A DNA stretch of 64,000 nt from Piromyces finnis finn (taxonomy: Eukaryota; Fungi; Neocallimastigomycota), in NCBI GenBank assembly GCA_002104945.1, contig MCFH01000016.1, positions 62,001 to 126,000 of the forward strand. Direction: 5' to 3'. Position numbers and translations under genes: made by a program. The notes beneath the pieces were generated by a model. It had not been told where the DNA came from. It worked only from the letters and a program-made list of their open reading frames with translations, and searched no databases. Below are positions 28,402-46,745 of the stretch, one piece after another. Numbering within the stretch: position 1 is the stretch's first letter; each line of letters begins with the position of its first letter.

Positions 28402-29809
28402 TTTTATATATTATTTTACCAATTTCTGATTTAAAACTAAAAATATAAAAATTACCATAACTTTTAAATTTTAATTTTATTATTAATAATTATTTAAAAT
28501 ATAAATTAAAAATTAATAAACATGCTACCCACACCATTTAATAATAGGGTTAGGTTATAAGATATTCAATTCTAATAATTATAGTATTTTGGTAAAATTT
28601 ATCATTTTCATATGATATTTTTTATATAAAACTTTCCCTCTATATTAAATTAAAATTTCACTTGATTAATGCTATTATCATGTGATTTGGTTCAAAATTA
28701 ATATGAATCTGTATTGAAGTTTAATATTAACTTTTTTAAATATTCAAAAAGCAAAAAAGAATAGAATTGATATACATAAGATATTTTTAAAAGTTATAAA
28801 GACTCTGTATTTTACGTAGCTACATATATCATTTATTTTTTATCTTTAGATACATCTTATAACTTGTTTTAATAATTTAATGTTTTTATTTTTATTTTTA
28901 TATTACTATCATCCCCAAAAACTTTATAAAACCATCATATATTAATTAATTTATATTAATATATATATGGAACTTTCATTTTAATTATTATTAAACTTTT
29001 TAACTTTGTGATAATAAAACATCGAAATATAATTGTTTCTATTTTCTTCTTAAGATTCCATTATTTTCTTACTTTTATTTTTATTATATATATTTTTACT
29101 TTTATTAGACTATCATTTTCATTATTGTTTTTATCAGAATTATTAAATATACTATAATTATGATAAGTAATAAGATTAACTAAAAATGAAAGGTTTTCCT
29201 ATATATATAGTTAATAAATTTCTTTTTTATCATAGTATTTTTTTTTTTTTTATTACTTAACCTAATAAAAATTGCATGTTTTTTTTTAATTAATAGATTT
29301 TTTTTAATAAATCTAATTACTTCAATTACTATAATTGTTTTCATTTATTTCTCTAACTTTTATTGGAAGGAATTAATTAGTATAGAAATATATTTATGTT
29401 ACACTAGCATAAATATATTCATTCAACAAAATATCAATAAATTAAACAACAAATTTATAGGATTCAATTCAATAAATTTATTAATATATTGTCATATTAT
29501 CATTATATTAGCCATATACCATAAAGAAACGATACATAATACGTAAATTAAATACATTAAATATTATATTATGCAATGTTTATTAATAATATTCAAATTT
29601 ACTTGATTAAATATAATAAATATAGTATGTCTATAAATAGGCTCAAAAAACCATTAAAATATTTTTTTTCAAAAAAAAAAACAAAATAAGAAATATTTTT
29701 AATTTTTTTTTAACAAAAAGAAAATTAAAACAAAATTTTAAAAAAAAAAAATATAAAATAAATAAAAATAATTTAAGTAAAACCTTTAAATAACCAAAAT
29801 AATAAAAAA

Positions 29810-30882
29810 ATGAGTTTTTCAGAAGAAATTAAAAGTTTAAAAAAGAACATAGATTTAGAAGTCATTTTAATGACTTGTGGTATCATTGTTTTCGTAAGTA
29901 TTAATAAAAATACAAATAAAGTCAAAAGAAATAAAAAGCAGTAATAAAAATTGTAAATCATAAAAGTATAAAAAATAAACCATTAATTTAAAGCAAAAAT
30001 GTCGAGAATTTAAAAAAAAAAAAAAAAGACATAAAAATGAAAATATTAAAAATAACTATTCAAAATATATATATATTAAGTATTCTTGTTTTTATTGCTA
30101 TTACTGATAATTTGTAGTTTATTCCATTTACTACTATTGTTTCTTGCAGTGATCCAGATCATATGAGTCTTCATGATTACCTTTACTTATTCTCAGGTGC
30201 TATTATGGCTCCAACTGGTATTTTTGCCATTGCTAATGTAAATAAAAAAATAAACAATTAAAATTTATTAAAAAATGGAAGACTATTTTAAATTTTCTTT
30301 ATAATGTACTTACTAGAAATTATAAATTGAATATATTAAAATTATTAGGATAACACCTTAAATATGAAAATTAATGCTGTTTACTTAGTCTATGCTGCTT
30401 ACGTCGAATTAAAATACATTCTTGATTTTAATGCTGGTAAAATAGAATTAGGTAAATTCTCACAAATTGTTCTTCCATTCTTCTTTGCTTTCTTTGTAAG
30501 TTTATTGTTATTAATATTTTCATATAAAATATACTATGCTATATTTTATTAATATATATTAATATGTCTATATTTAAATTTTGATAATATATTTATCTAA
30601 TATTTATAAAAGGTTATCAACTGTATCTTAGAAATCATTTACATTGCTACATACAAGGGTTCTTTAGAAGAAAGAATTGCCAGAGGTGAATTTAAAGATG
30701 ATCCATTATTTAAGGAACTTGTTGAAAATGATAAGATTGAAAGAGCCAAGGAAAGAGAATGGGAAAGAAAAAGAATTGAAAGAAATGAAAAGAGAAAGGC
30801 TGAAAAGGAAAAGAAGAAGGCTGAAAAGGAAGCTGAAAAAGAAAAAAAGAAGGCTGAAAAGGAAGCCAAAAAAGATAATTAA
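29810..30882 (+). CDS. Small unknown membrane protein with Lys/Glu-rich coiled-coil tail; ~4 exons
   Basis: Putative exons ~29810-29894, ~30118-30237, ~30349-30494 and ~30612-30882 splice with GT-AG. The product has hydrophobic helices followed by ERAKEREWERKRIERNEKRKAEKEKKKAEKEAE. Confidence 0.55.
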
Positions 30883-31387
30883 GTATTATTAGAGAAATAA
30901 AATATGTTTATAAAATTTTTTTCAAATATATAAATAGAAGTTAAAGGAAAAAGGATATGATATAAGAAAATACAATAAATTTATAAATTTTTTGTTTATC
31001 TTTTTTTTTTCCTTTTCTTTTTATTAATACTTGAAAAAAAAAAAATCAATAATATAAAGAATTTAAATATTAATAATAATGATTTATTTATTTATATCTT
31101 ATCCAAAAAAATAATAAAAAAAACATTATGAATAATTTCTTATTCATAAAGTTCAAAAATTTAATTCGCTTTTATTACATTAATTATCTTGCTTTCTTTT
31201 TTTTTTGCTTATGGTTATTAAATGTTTAAATCAAAAATTTAGAATATAAAAAATAAAAAAAAATAAAAATAAAGAAAATAAAATATAAAGAAAATAAAAT
31301 ATAATAATTTTAGAATGAAAATGTTCTTTAATTAATTATATCTTTTATAATTATCTTTATGAATGAGTGTTTGTTCTTTATTATGAC

Positions 31388-34755
<3,368 letters not shown>

Positions 34756-35642
34756 TGTTTATTATTATTATTATTATTATTATGTTTATTATTATGTTTA
34801 TTATTATGTTTATTATTATTATATAAATTAATATATAAGGTAGAGGTATTTAAACTCATTGTTGCTTATAACAGCAATAAGATATAGTTAAATAAGAATA
34901 ATAAGAATTTTCAAGTTTCAATAAAAAAAAATTAACTAGATTAATAGATTTCTCTTACTAATATTATAATATGTTAATTTAAAAAACAAAATAACTATAT
35001 AATATTAATCATGAATATAATTCACTTGGTTTGGTCACGCTTCAATTTAATAATATTAAAAAATAATTCATTTATTTTATTAGGAATTAAACAAAACAAA
35101 AATATATTTAAAAAAACTTATATTCTTTCATAAGAACAGCTTTTAACTATTTTAATATAAAAAAAAAAAGGATAAATAAGAATATTCAGAATATACATTA
35201 TAAAAAAAATAATATTAAAATTATAAATTATAAAACCTAGACCCTTTTTTTTTATTTATATTCTTTATCATACTTATTTACTATATACAGTTTAAACAAA
35301 AAAGAAAAAAAAAGAGTTTTTAAATAAAAATATTATAGAAATAATTCAATTATTAATAATGAAGTTTTTATATTATTTAGCTTTTCAAACGCTATTGCCA
35401 TTGACATTGCTATTCCCAATCATTAGATATTTAATTCATATATTTTATTTACACTCTATCATAAAACACTCTAAATTTCTTTTTTTTTTTTTATTTTTAT
35501 TTTTACTTTTATTTATTTATTCATTTATTTATTATTGCTGTATATATGTATAAAATGGAAAATAAATGCTAATTTTAATCAATATTAATCTATTTGTTAA
35601 ATAATTTGATTTATATATATAATTCTTCTCTAATTAATTCAA

Positions 35643-36767
35643 TTATTTATCAACTTTTTGACTGTACTTTTTCTTTCCAATATCAAATGGAACGTAATGA
35701 TGTTTAATCATGTGGTCTATTTGTTTTTTCATTGATAAGTATGTGATAGCAATGAAATACATTCTACAATAGGAAAGATTAAATGTTTATTAGAAATAAA
35801 ATAATAGCAATTATAATAAAATAAATAATTAATATCATGAAATAGTTTGTTGTTAGTTGTAATACAATATATATTAATATATAATATCATAGATTAATAA
35901 TTAATAATTTATTCCTACAATAAAATTGGCCAGAATACTGGAATATCAAAGAATGGAATAAAAGCACAAACAAAAGCAATTAAAGTTGCTCTAATAGTAT
36001 TATGCCTGGAAAATATATATATATATATTGTTAATTCTTTATTTTTTTATCCTTGAATATGATATAAAAAAAAAATTAGCTAATCATTTATATACCAAAA
36101 TTTAAATTCCGGTAAACGTCTAATGAATGGCTTAAATTCGTCATCACTTTTAACTGGTAAAGTTGGTTCATCTTCCATATCATCTTCCATAATATCCATT
36201 TCAAGGGTACCAAGTTGTGGAGATAAGAATAATGTAAATTGAGTTAATAAATAAATACCAAGAGTATATATAACTGTTATGAAAATTATATAAACATTAA
36301 AATGCATATAGAAAGTATATAGATATATATATTTATGGTCAATATAGTTGTTTTAATAGATTAATGAGTCTATATTATTTTCAAAACATACCAACATAGT
36401 ATCCTTGAGCTGATATAATTCTAAATATAAATAAAAATATCAAGACAATAGCAAAAATCCATCTTTGAAGTTTATATGGTGTAGATGTATCTAATATTCT
36501 TTGATAAGACTATTTAAAAATAATATAGCATAAAGCAATAAAAAAATAATTAATCACCCATATTGTTTTTTAACACTATATTTATAGTAAGTTTATGCTT
36601 TTTTAATAACAACTATGTTTATTTTTATTAATTTTTTTATAAATTTATTATAAAAAATTATTTATTAGATATAAATATTGAATATATATATTTACATTAG
36701 CAATCTTTCTAAAGAAAAGACTTATTGATGAGTCTTTTCCCATACTTTCATCATTACTGAAATCCAT
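35643..36767 (-). CDS. RER1: Rer1 ER-retrieval receptor (multi-exon)
   Basis: Exons encode [63 protein letters not shown] and [22 protein letters not shown], all hallmark Rer1 motifs. Confidence 0.93.
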
Positions 36768-39700
36768 TTTTTTATTATTTTTTTTAAAATGTAGAGTATT
36801 GTTTGTTTTTTTGTAAATATACTTTATTGTTAATCCTTCCTTTTCTTTACAAAGTAAAACTTTTTTTTATTTGGTAGTACTCTTTAATAGGTATATTTGT
36901 TTGGTTTGTTAAAGTTTATTCTTTATTTTGATATTATTCTATATATTTATATATTGTAGATATATTTGTTTTATCTTCTAATACTTTTTTTTAATATAAT
37001 AAAATTATATTTATTATTATTATTATTATTATTAATAAAAAAAATTATTTATTTTTCAAGTAGAAAAAAAAGAAAAAAAAAGAAAATAAACTTTTTATAT
37101 TAATTTAAAAATATGTTTATTTTTATTTTTTTTTATTTTTATTATTTTTTGACATTTTTTTAAATAAATAAATTATATTATTTTATATTCCTAAATTATA
37201 GGTGTATCAAACATTTTATTTCAACAAAATTTAAATTTATATATTTAAATAAAATAAATTTATAAATATTTATAGTTTTTTTTTTTTGTTTTGTTTTTTT
37301 ATATATATTTATTTTTTATAGTTTCTTGTATGAACCATATTTAACCATAAGTCTTGTTATTGCCAAATTAAATATTAATTTCTATAATATTATAAATATT
37401 TAAACCATAATTAGCATCTGCTTTATAAAATATATTTTTATTAAGTGTTATTGTGATAATAAAAAGTAATACTTAATTTATTTAAATATAAATAATATCC
37501 AAATTCATAAAATTAATATAGATGATATTTAATATTTTATTAATATTATTTAAATATTTAATTATAAAATACTCTAGCGAAACGCAAAGATTTATTATTT
37601 TTAATTCCCTTTTACTAAATATACAATATATTACAAAAAGTTGAATATGTACGATAAATATAAATATCTCTACTACAATATAAATAATATAAAATGTAAG
37701 TGAATTAAAAATATAGTTTTTAAATATGATACACATCCTTAACCTTAAAAATAAGATTTTTATGCATATTTTTCTGGTAAGATATTAATCAATATAAAAG
37801 ATTAAAAGACAAGCCAAGAATTAAATAATAATTTAATTCTTATTTATTAATTAGAGTTTAATACAATATAAAAAATATATACTTAAAAAAATAGATTGTA
37901 AAAGATCATGTTATTATTGATAATGTAAAAATTCTATGATTATGGGGTTTTCTTTGCATTAATATACTTTATGTAAGGAATTTAATATGGTTATAAAAGT
38001 TTTTTAATTTCTATCTTTTTTTATTTTATAGGATTTATATTTTTCCTATAAATATACAAAATTTCATTAAATCAATATTATATTTCATTTTTTAACACAT
38101 TAAATCTGATTATGAGTTTTAAGGTTTGAAATAGCATTACTTTATTATTTTAAATTCTTCTTTCATAAGAAATCATATAAAAATAAAAATAGGCAAAAGA
38201 AAGATTTTCAAAATAATTTGATTTTAAAAATAATATTTATCTCCTTACTTTAAAATTTCAACCATTTTATTTCCTTCTAAAGATCTATATCTCTTTATTT
38301 TTGTCTTTTTTATTAAAAGCATTAATAGAAAAATTGGAAAAAAAAAATACTCAAATTCTAATTATTTATAACTTTAAAAAAAAAAAAAGATTCTCACTAA
38401 AAAATATATATTCTAAACTAGATTATATATAAATAACCACACAATAAAGAAATGAAAAAAAAAAAAGGCCATAAATTTATAATACTATTATATTTTACCA
38501 TATTCTTATTTGAATATTTTTTTTTGTTAGAATAATAAAATAAAGAAAATAATACAATACATTAAAACTATTGATTTAAAATAATATTGTTACAATTTAT
38601 ATTTATAGGTTTTTTTTCTATTTTTTCTACAATTAAAGAGCTTCTTTTTACAGGTTTTTTATTAATTAATTCTAGTTATTTAGTTTAACGGAATGTAGAT
38701 CTTAATATATGTTACAATATATTATGAATATATTTTATTGAATAATATGTACTACAATATTAATTAATGTATATGACTTTATCCAATGCTTTTTATTAAT
38801 CTCTTTTTTTTAAAAAAAATTAATATATGTGGAATACTATTAAACTTATTTAATACCATATATTTTATTAATATTAAAATTTAAAAAAAAAAACATTTTT
38901 CTTCAATTATAATATATTATATGGATAATATATAGGCGTATTTATTTTATATATGAAAACTTCATATTTGTTTATTACTATAGTAATTATATATCCAATC
39001 ATTAATCATAAAAAAAAATTTATAATATATTTTGGAAAGTTGAAAATATAAATGGTATATATATTATTAATGTACTATAATATATAATCAATATAATTAT
39101 AACTCTTTTTTAAAAAATTTAAAAAATCAAGGGTTTATACTAAAAAAGTATAATAAATAATATATTTATTAATAGATGAAGTTGAAATTTTAATATTTTT
39201 AATATTATATTAAATTTTAACAATTATCCTAATCCTTAATAATTTTCATCATAATAATTAATTTTTTCTTTTTTTTTTTTTTTTTTTCTTCTTTACACTT
39301 AACTTCTCTAACTAACAGAAAAAAACCTTTTTTATAACTTTTTTTTTAATTATATTAAAAAAAAGTTTTATGTATTACTCTTTTTAAGAGAATAATAAAA
39401 AGTAAACCGTAATTCGAACGACTTTTACATTTTATTACCTCTTAAATTCTTTTTTATAAAAAAAAAAATTAATTTATTATATACTCCTATTCATTTCATT
39501 AAAAAAAGTAATATTAATGAAAAAGTTCATAAAATAATAATAAAAAAAAAACATATTTTTAAATAGCTTGTATATATCTAAAAAATAAATAGATTAGAGA
39601 GTATCAATATAAATAGTTTGAAATGCAATATAAATTTTAAAAATAGTTAGTAAATTAATGGAATTATAGTAACAGATTAAGTACAGGATAAAGAATAAAT

Positions 39701-39934
39701 GAGAAACAAGAAAAAAATATTAAATGTTATACATTATGAAATGTTAAAATTAAAATTATTGTTTAATATAAAAAATATATATTATCTACTTAGTGAATCA
39801 GATTAATGATAATAACAATTTTATATATAATAAAATATATGTATTAACTTTTATTTTATTTCAATTAAATATTTCTAAAATATAAATCTTATCGTCAAAA
39901 TGATATCCAAATAATTAGTAATAAATATTTCAAT

Positions 39935-42221
39935 ATGTGTGGTATAAGTGGTATTTTATTAGCCAACAATCAACAAAATTGTAGCGTTGAAATTTACGAA
40001 AGTTTAAACGTTTTACAACACAGAGGACAAGTAAATATTTTTTTAATTTTTATATAAATTTAATATAAAATTAAATTTTATATGAAATTATTAAAAAATA
40101 TATATATAAACTAAAATATTACAAAAATTACTGAAACAAAATAAATATAAATTCAAACTATAAAATATAAAAAGGATGCTGCAGGTATTGTTACTTGTGG
40201 TAACAAGGGTCGTTTATATCAATGCAAAGCCAACGGTATGGTTAGAGATGTTTTCAATAAAAAGGCTTTAATGAATTTAGTTGGTTCTATGGGTGTTGGT
40301 CATGGTAATTATTATATAATTAACTATTAACTTTTTACTAAAAATAATTAATAAATTAGAAAAATAATAGAAAAGTTTTATGCAATAAACTTATTCAAAA
40401 ATCTAAATGTTATTTTTTAAAATGATATTATTTCCATTTTAAATATTATATAAAATAAGTTCGTTACCCAACTGCTGGTACTTCCTCAAATTCCGAAGCT
40501 CAACCATTCTACGTTAATAGTCCATACGGTTTAGTTTTCGCACACGTAGGCATTATTTATATATATTATTAATTTTCTGAAAAAAAAAAGAAAAAATATT
40601 AACAATGAATTAACATTTTCAAATTTTTATTTATATGTCTTATTTAATATTTCAATATTAATTTAATAAAATGTTATCCGTTGATAATAAATAACAAAAT
40701 AAATTAAATAGAATGGTAATTTAACTAATGCTCATGAATTAGAAAAGTTCTTAGATGAAGAAGCTCATAGACACATTAACACCAATTCTGATACTGAATT
40801 AATGTTAAATATTTTTGCTAACAATTTACAAAAGACTGGAAAGGTTAGAGTTAACGAAGAAGATACTTTCAATGCTATAAAGGGCATTTATGAACAATGT
40901 AGAGGTGGTTATGCTTGTATTGCAATGATTGCTGGTTTCGGTTTAATTGCCTTCAGAGTATGTTATTACATTATTAAAATATTTAAAATTAAAATAATTT
41001 TATTTATACTAATTCTTTTAATTTTCAATAATATTGTTATATACAAAAATAATAATATTCAATTATAAAAGGATCCAAATGGTATCCGTCCTTTAATCTA
41101 TGGTACTAGAAAAACTGAAAATGGTACTGATTATATGATTGCTTCTGAAAGTGTTGCTTTAACTACATTAGAATTCAAAGATTTCTGTGATGTTAAGCCA
41201 GGTGAAGCTATTATCATCACCAAAAATGGTATGAGCAAGCGTCAATTAGTTACTGGTGCCGAATTCACACCATGTATTTTTGAATACGTCTACTTCGCTC
41301 GTCCAGATTCTATCATTGATGGTATTTCTGTTTACAAATCTCGTTTAGCTATGGGTGAAGCTTTAGCTGATGCTGTTGTTAAAAAGTTAGATAATAAAAT
41401 GGACGTTGATGTTGTTATTCCAGTTCCAGATACAAGTCGTGTTGCTGCTCTTCAAGTTTCTTACCGCTTAAATATATTATACCGTGAAGGTTTCATTAAG
41501 AACAGATATGTTGGTAGAACTTTCATTATGCCAGGACAATCTGAAAGAAAGAAGTCTGTCAGAAGAAAGTTAAATGCCATGGATCTTGAATTCAAGGACA
41601 AGAATGTTTTAATTGTTGATGGTAAAAAATCAATTTTAATAAAAACATAAATATTAAGTAGTTATTAACGAGTAATATTGTTAATCATAATTTATCGTTT
41701 TAATTTTTAGATTCTATTGTTAGAGGTACTACCTCAAGAGAAATTATTCAAATGGCTCGTGATGCTGGAGCTAAGAAGGTTTATTTCGCATCCTGTGCCC
41801 CACCAATCAGATACCCAAATGTTTATGGTATTGATATGCCAACTTCAAATGAATTAATTGCTTATAACAAAACTGAAGAAGAAATCGCTGAAGAACTTGG
41901 TGCTGACTGTGTTATCTATGAAGTAATAATATATAATACTTTACATAATAATATATTAATTGATAATTAAATTTTAATTTAAATATGTTTTTTTTTATTA
42001 TTATATAGGAATTAGATGATTTAATTGAATCATGTAGAAAATTCAATAGAGATATTAAAAACTTCGATACTTCTGTTTTCAATGGAATATATGTAACTGG
42101 TGATGTTTCTAAAGAATATCTTGATATGTTAGATAAAACTCGTAATGATAAGGCTAAGAAAAATGAAGATATTAAGGCTGATGTTATTGGTCTTCACAAC
42201 GACTACGGAGATTCTGAATAA
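39935..42221 (+). CDS. ADE4: Amidophosphoribosyltransferase (glutamine PRPP amidotransferase), multi-exon
   Basis: N-terminal MCGI (catalytic Cys), [69 protein letters not shown] and YGIDMP, spread across GT-AG introns. Confidence 0.96.
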
Positions 42222-42540
42222 ACAGTATTATAAAATCCATTATATTATTATTATTCATACATATTTTATAAGTTTAAGCAATAAAAAACAAAAAAAAAAA
42301 GAAAAAATACATATAACAATCTTTTTAAGAAAAATTAAAAAATAAAAATAAAAAGAAAAAAAAAAAAAAAGAAAAGATAGACATAGCGAAAGAAAACGTT
42401 AATTTTTTTTTTTTTCTTTTAATAATTTTTAACCTTAGAATACTCTATTAGAATATTAATAAATTAATAATATAGTTTTTTTTTTTTTAAAAAACCCAAG
42501 ATACATAATACTTTTTTATATATAATAATTTTATTTTATT

Positions 42541-42579
<39 letters not shown>

Positions 42580-42909
42580 AAAAGCTAAAAAAAAATTAAA
42601 AATTTTTTTTGATTTTAAAAAATAATGTATATTTATATATATATTATGGATTTTTAAAATTATAACATTGAAAAGAAATAAAAAACAAGTATTTTTATTT
42701 CTTTGTCATTTTATTTTTATTATTTAAACTATTTATATATATATATATAATAAAATAAATAAATAAATAAAAAAAAAAAAATTAACAATGATAAGAATTC
42801 ATTATTATTTTTTGTGTTTTGAATTTGAATTTGAATAATTAATTTAATAATCCAAAAAATATTTATACTGTATAATGATTATACAATAAATGTAAAAATT
42901 AAAAAAAAT

Positions 42910-43790
42910 TTTAAATTCAAGGGAAATAAAATCGTACAGTTATGAAGAATTACTATTACTTGGATTATTCGTATTCGATGCGATTATGAAAACACGACCA
43001 GAATTGCTATTGCCAGTAATAGAGTTACTCCTGACTGCCCTCGTGTCTGTCCATGTTGTAGATATGATGAACAATCTTTTTATCATTGGATTTTAGAATG
43101 TCCTGCATTCTCTGAATACAGAACTTCTTTACTCAGTTTTCTTGACGATCTTTTTATCCTTTTCAAAATAAATATAAAAATTAATTCATCACTTACTTAC
43201 TCTCTGAAACGGAAGTAAGAAAAACAATTTATAACTATATTTTTACGTTCCTTCTTGGTGGAACTTTAGCTTATGATGAGCTACAAATCGATAAGGCGGA
43301 ACAAAGACATTTGAATGAACAGCTTTACAGTTCATCAGGGTCTCATGTTCCATAGGTAGAGGGTCTCGCGGCTTTTCTTACTAAAACAATCCCTATCATT
43401 AGTAGCTCAATGAAGCTACTTTTTGATAGGTTTAGTAAGACACCTAACGTAATCAAGAGCGCCGACGTCGTACCGATATGACAAAGGAACATTCCTAATA
43501 TTCCGTACACAGGGTTCAATGTTAGTATTTCTTCAAATGAAAATATTATGAGCTCATGGAAGAGTTTAGTGGACACCACACTATCATACCTGATGTTACT
43601 TCTCTTTTTTATTTTATTTAATTTATTAGGTAGGGACCAATCCCACACAGTACGAATTGCAGAGTTCATTGAACTTTTATGCAATTTTAATAATTATTTT
43701 TTTTTTTATTATATATTTATATTTTTATAAATACGTATTATCACCTAATATTATGTAATATCTCAAATTAAATAAATAAATAAATAAATA
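42910..43790 (+). mobile_element. 3' fragment of a second, divergent LINE family (family 2)
   Basis: Translates (with frameshifts) to WIIRIRCDYENTTRIA...DCPRVCPCCRYDEQSFYHWILECPAF...IFTFLLGG...AAFLTKTIP...KSADVVPI. This parallels family 1 WLLKARSGY...CPNYCPCCKCGDQSIKHWLLDCPTF...IFKFLLGG...AELLTKIMP...KSV. The 3' UTR is different and ends in a (TAAA)n-like run. Boundaries are approximate. Confidence 0.8.
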
Positions 43791-44046
43791 CAAAAAGTGT
43801 ATTTTCTTCTTAGTCTAAAAAAAAAAATGAAGGATTACTATTTTTTGAAAGTAAAAGAAAAAGTCTTCTAATCAAAATTATACCTTATATTTTTTCCCAA
43901 CAATGATAACTTGTTAAAAGATTTAAAACAACTAATCAAGCGACATTGTTGAAAAAACAATAAGACAAGCTAATATTTTCAATGGTAATCAAAATTTTAT
44001 CTCCCTACAACATTTAACCCTAAGTCTTTTATACCTATTTGAAGTT

Positions 44047-44235
44047 AACTACAATTATTATCCTTTAGTATAGCAATAGTTTTTACTTTAATAGAATTAT
44101 TACCAAACCACTATAGTCATTTTTATTGATTTATTCTTTATGATTAAACTACAATTATTATCCTTTAGTATAGTAGTAGTTTTACTTTAATAGAATTACC
44201 AAAACACTATAATCATTTTTATTGATTTGTTCTTG
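44047..44235. repeat. Two-copy ~100-bp tandem duplication
   Basis: AACTACAATTATTATCCTTTAGTATAG...CATTTTTATTGATTT starts at 44047 and again at 44147, with a few substitutions and indels. Confidence 0.85.
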
Positions 44236-44399
44236 GTGTTTAAATAAATTAATTATATTTTTTGTATTCTCTTTTTTTTTTATCTTTACTTTTAAAATAT
44301 ATAAAAATTTAAAAACATTAATATAATAAAAAAAACTAACTTTAATTAAATAGAAATATTTTTTATTATTATTTTATTAAAACAATGCTAATAAATAAT

Positions 44400-44870
44400 A
44401 AATAGAATGTTGAAAAGATATTTTATTTCAAATTCTAAAGATAATAAATATGGAAACAATTGGTCAATATTATTATATTTTAATGATAATAAATTAAATT
44501 TAAAGAAACTAAAGATGTCACACACCCAGAATTTTCATATAATTTATATTGGCTTAAAAGCAAAATGTGGTTATTAAATCTTTAAATTAGTTAATTCAAT
44601 TTGTCTAAATCGCTGTTCGTTCAAGATGGTAATTAAAATTTTCGCTTAATTGTATAGTGAGGCATATAGTAATATTTGTAATAACAAGTATAATTATTTA
44701 GTCCGAAATTTTACTTATCTTGGTAAAAAATATTCTAATAATCCTATCAATAATGGCCTATTGTTATTAGTCAATAATAGTTAATAATGCTCAAAAAATT
44801 TAAAACAATAACCAAGAACATCAATAATTAAGAAGTAATATGGCCAGTGTTATCACTAATGATCGCAGCT
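44400..44870 (+). mobile_element. Highly decayed LINE 3' fragment related to family 1
   Basis: Residual matches: KFKETKD, PEFSYNLYW-LKAKCGY, and ATGCTCAAAAAATTTAAAACAATAACCAAGAACATCAAT resembling family-1 ATGCTCATAAGGTTTGAAGCAACATCCAAGAGCGTCAAT. Confidence 0.55.
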
Positions 44871-46697
44871 TTGTTAAGAGATAAAATTCGATTTATACTT
44901 TTAATTATATTGAAAATCAACTATAATTATTAAATTATTATTATAGTATAATAGTAACCTTTTCCTATTTTTAATTAAAACTAATAAAACATATTTTTTA
45001 ATTATATTTAATTATATTTCCCTTGATTATATATATTTATTATAATATAATAAAAAATTCAAAATATTTTCAGTTATTATATAACTATATCTTAAACTAA
45101 TGTACATTTATTAATTAGTAAATGAAGAATTTAGCAAATAGTTGTTAAAATTTTTGTACTACTTTATTATTAAAATAAAATGTTTCATTGATATAATATT
45201 AATATTAAAATAAAAAGTATATTTAATAATTTTTTTCTTTTTTATAAATTATAATGAAGAAAACAATTGAAATAAAATCATATATATTAGTAAAGTTAAA
45301 AAATAATTTTTATACTATAAAATATATTTTCCTTGCATAATAAAATAGTATGAGAAAGCTTCAATAATATCATTGATCAAAATAGGCACAATTAATATTG
45401 AATCGTAATATAATATAAAAATATATTTTTTGAGTCTTATTAAAAAATAATATAAATATCTTTCAAATTAAAAAATATATATATAAATATATCAAATAGT
45501 ATATTATTTGTTAATAGAATAAAATTAAAATCTCAAAAAATAAAATATATATACCTTTTTTTTTTATTTAAATTACTTGAAATAATAATGTGTTAAAATA
45601 ACTTGTGACTATTATTAATCATTTTTATTTCAAATATTATTAAATCTATATAAGTATATTTATTAATAGGATTATATGTAAATAAAATAAATAATTTTTG
45701 ATGTTATATTACATTATTAAAATTTTTTTAATAACTTAATTTAAAAAAAAAATAAAATATTTAAGTATGTATATATTTAAGTACTATACTTAACATTCGA
45801 TGAAATCAAAAATTGACATATAAACTTTAATCATTATTAATCTTGTTTTTAGTAGTATTAACTCTTTTTTTTATACCTTTAAATAGTTACTGTGGAAACT
45901 ATTAATGTTTGAATATATGCTTTATATATGTTTCTAGAAACTATTACAAAATAGGTACTATTACATTTTGTTCTAATTTTTTTTTTTTTTGTTACAAATT
46001 TATGTCTTCTCCTTTTTTTTATGTTATCTAACTTTTTATATGAATGACTTTATACAATGGTTAGGCAAAGTAATAATATCAATCAATTTTATCAACTCTT
46101 GCATTGCTTTATATTCCATCAACATTAAGTAGAAGTCATAGAATATTCTTGGAATTCATAATAAAGTATAATTTAATTATTTGTTAAGTTTGCCGTTATT
46201 GATTTACCTATTTTAATTTTAATATTTTTTTAATTGAAATTTTTTACTAAAACTTTGTTACATTATTTTCTTAATTTATTCATAATAATATGTGAGATGT
46301 TTATGTTATTAGCTTTTTATATATAACAACGCTCATTTGACTTATAATTTTCATCAATAGCACAATAGTATGACCCATATTATTTTGTCATCAATAACAT
46401 TTAAAATACATATTTAACATATAGTAATTACTATTTTATCTTTTTTTTTTTTTCAACCTTCATTAATATTTACTTAATTATATACATTTCATAAATTATT
46501 TATATGATTATATTAACTAAAAAAAAAAGACCAAAAAAATTAAAATTTTTTTATTCTATATAAATAATCCCATCTACATGTCATTATTATCATTAAATTA
46601 GATCTTATTTTTTTAACTCTTTAAGAAATCAAATATACAAACCTATTGATCATTTTTAAAATCACAAATTATAAATAATATAGAATTTTTTAATTTT

Positions 46698-46745
<48 letters not shown>

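Noticed and set aside
45980-46410. Possible decayed piggyBac-like or other coding relic (minus strand, CAIDENYK...)
   Set aside because: Only a few residues resemble a transposase motif, stops are frequent, and no terminal repeats or TTAA duplication were found.
46702-46743. Long A-tracts (also ~42546-42577) as tails of further retro-insertions
   Set aside because: No recognisable element body or TSD; homopolymers are common throughout this genome.
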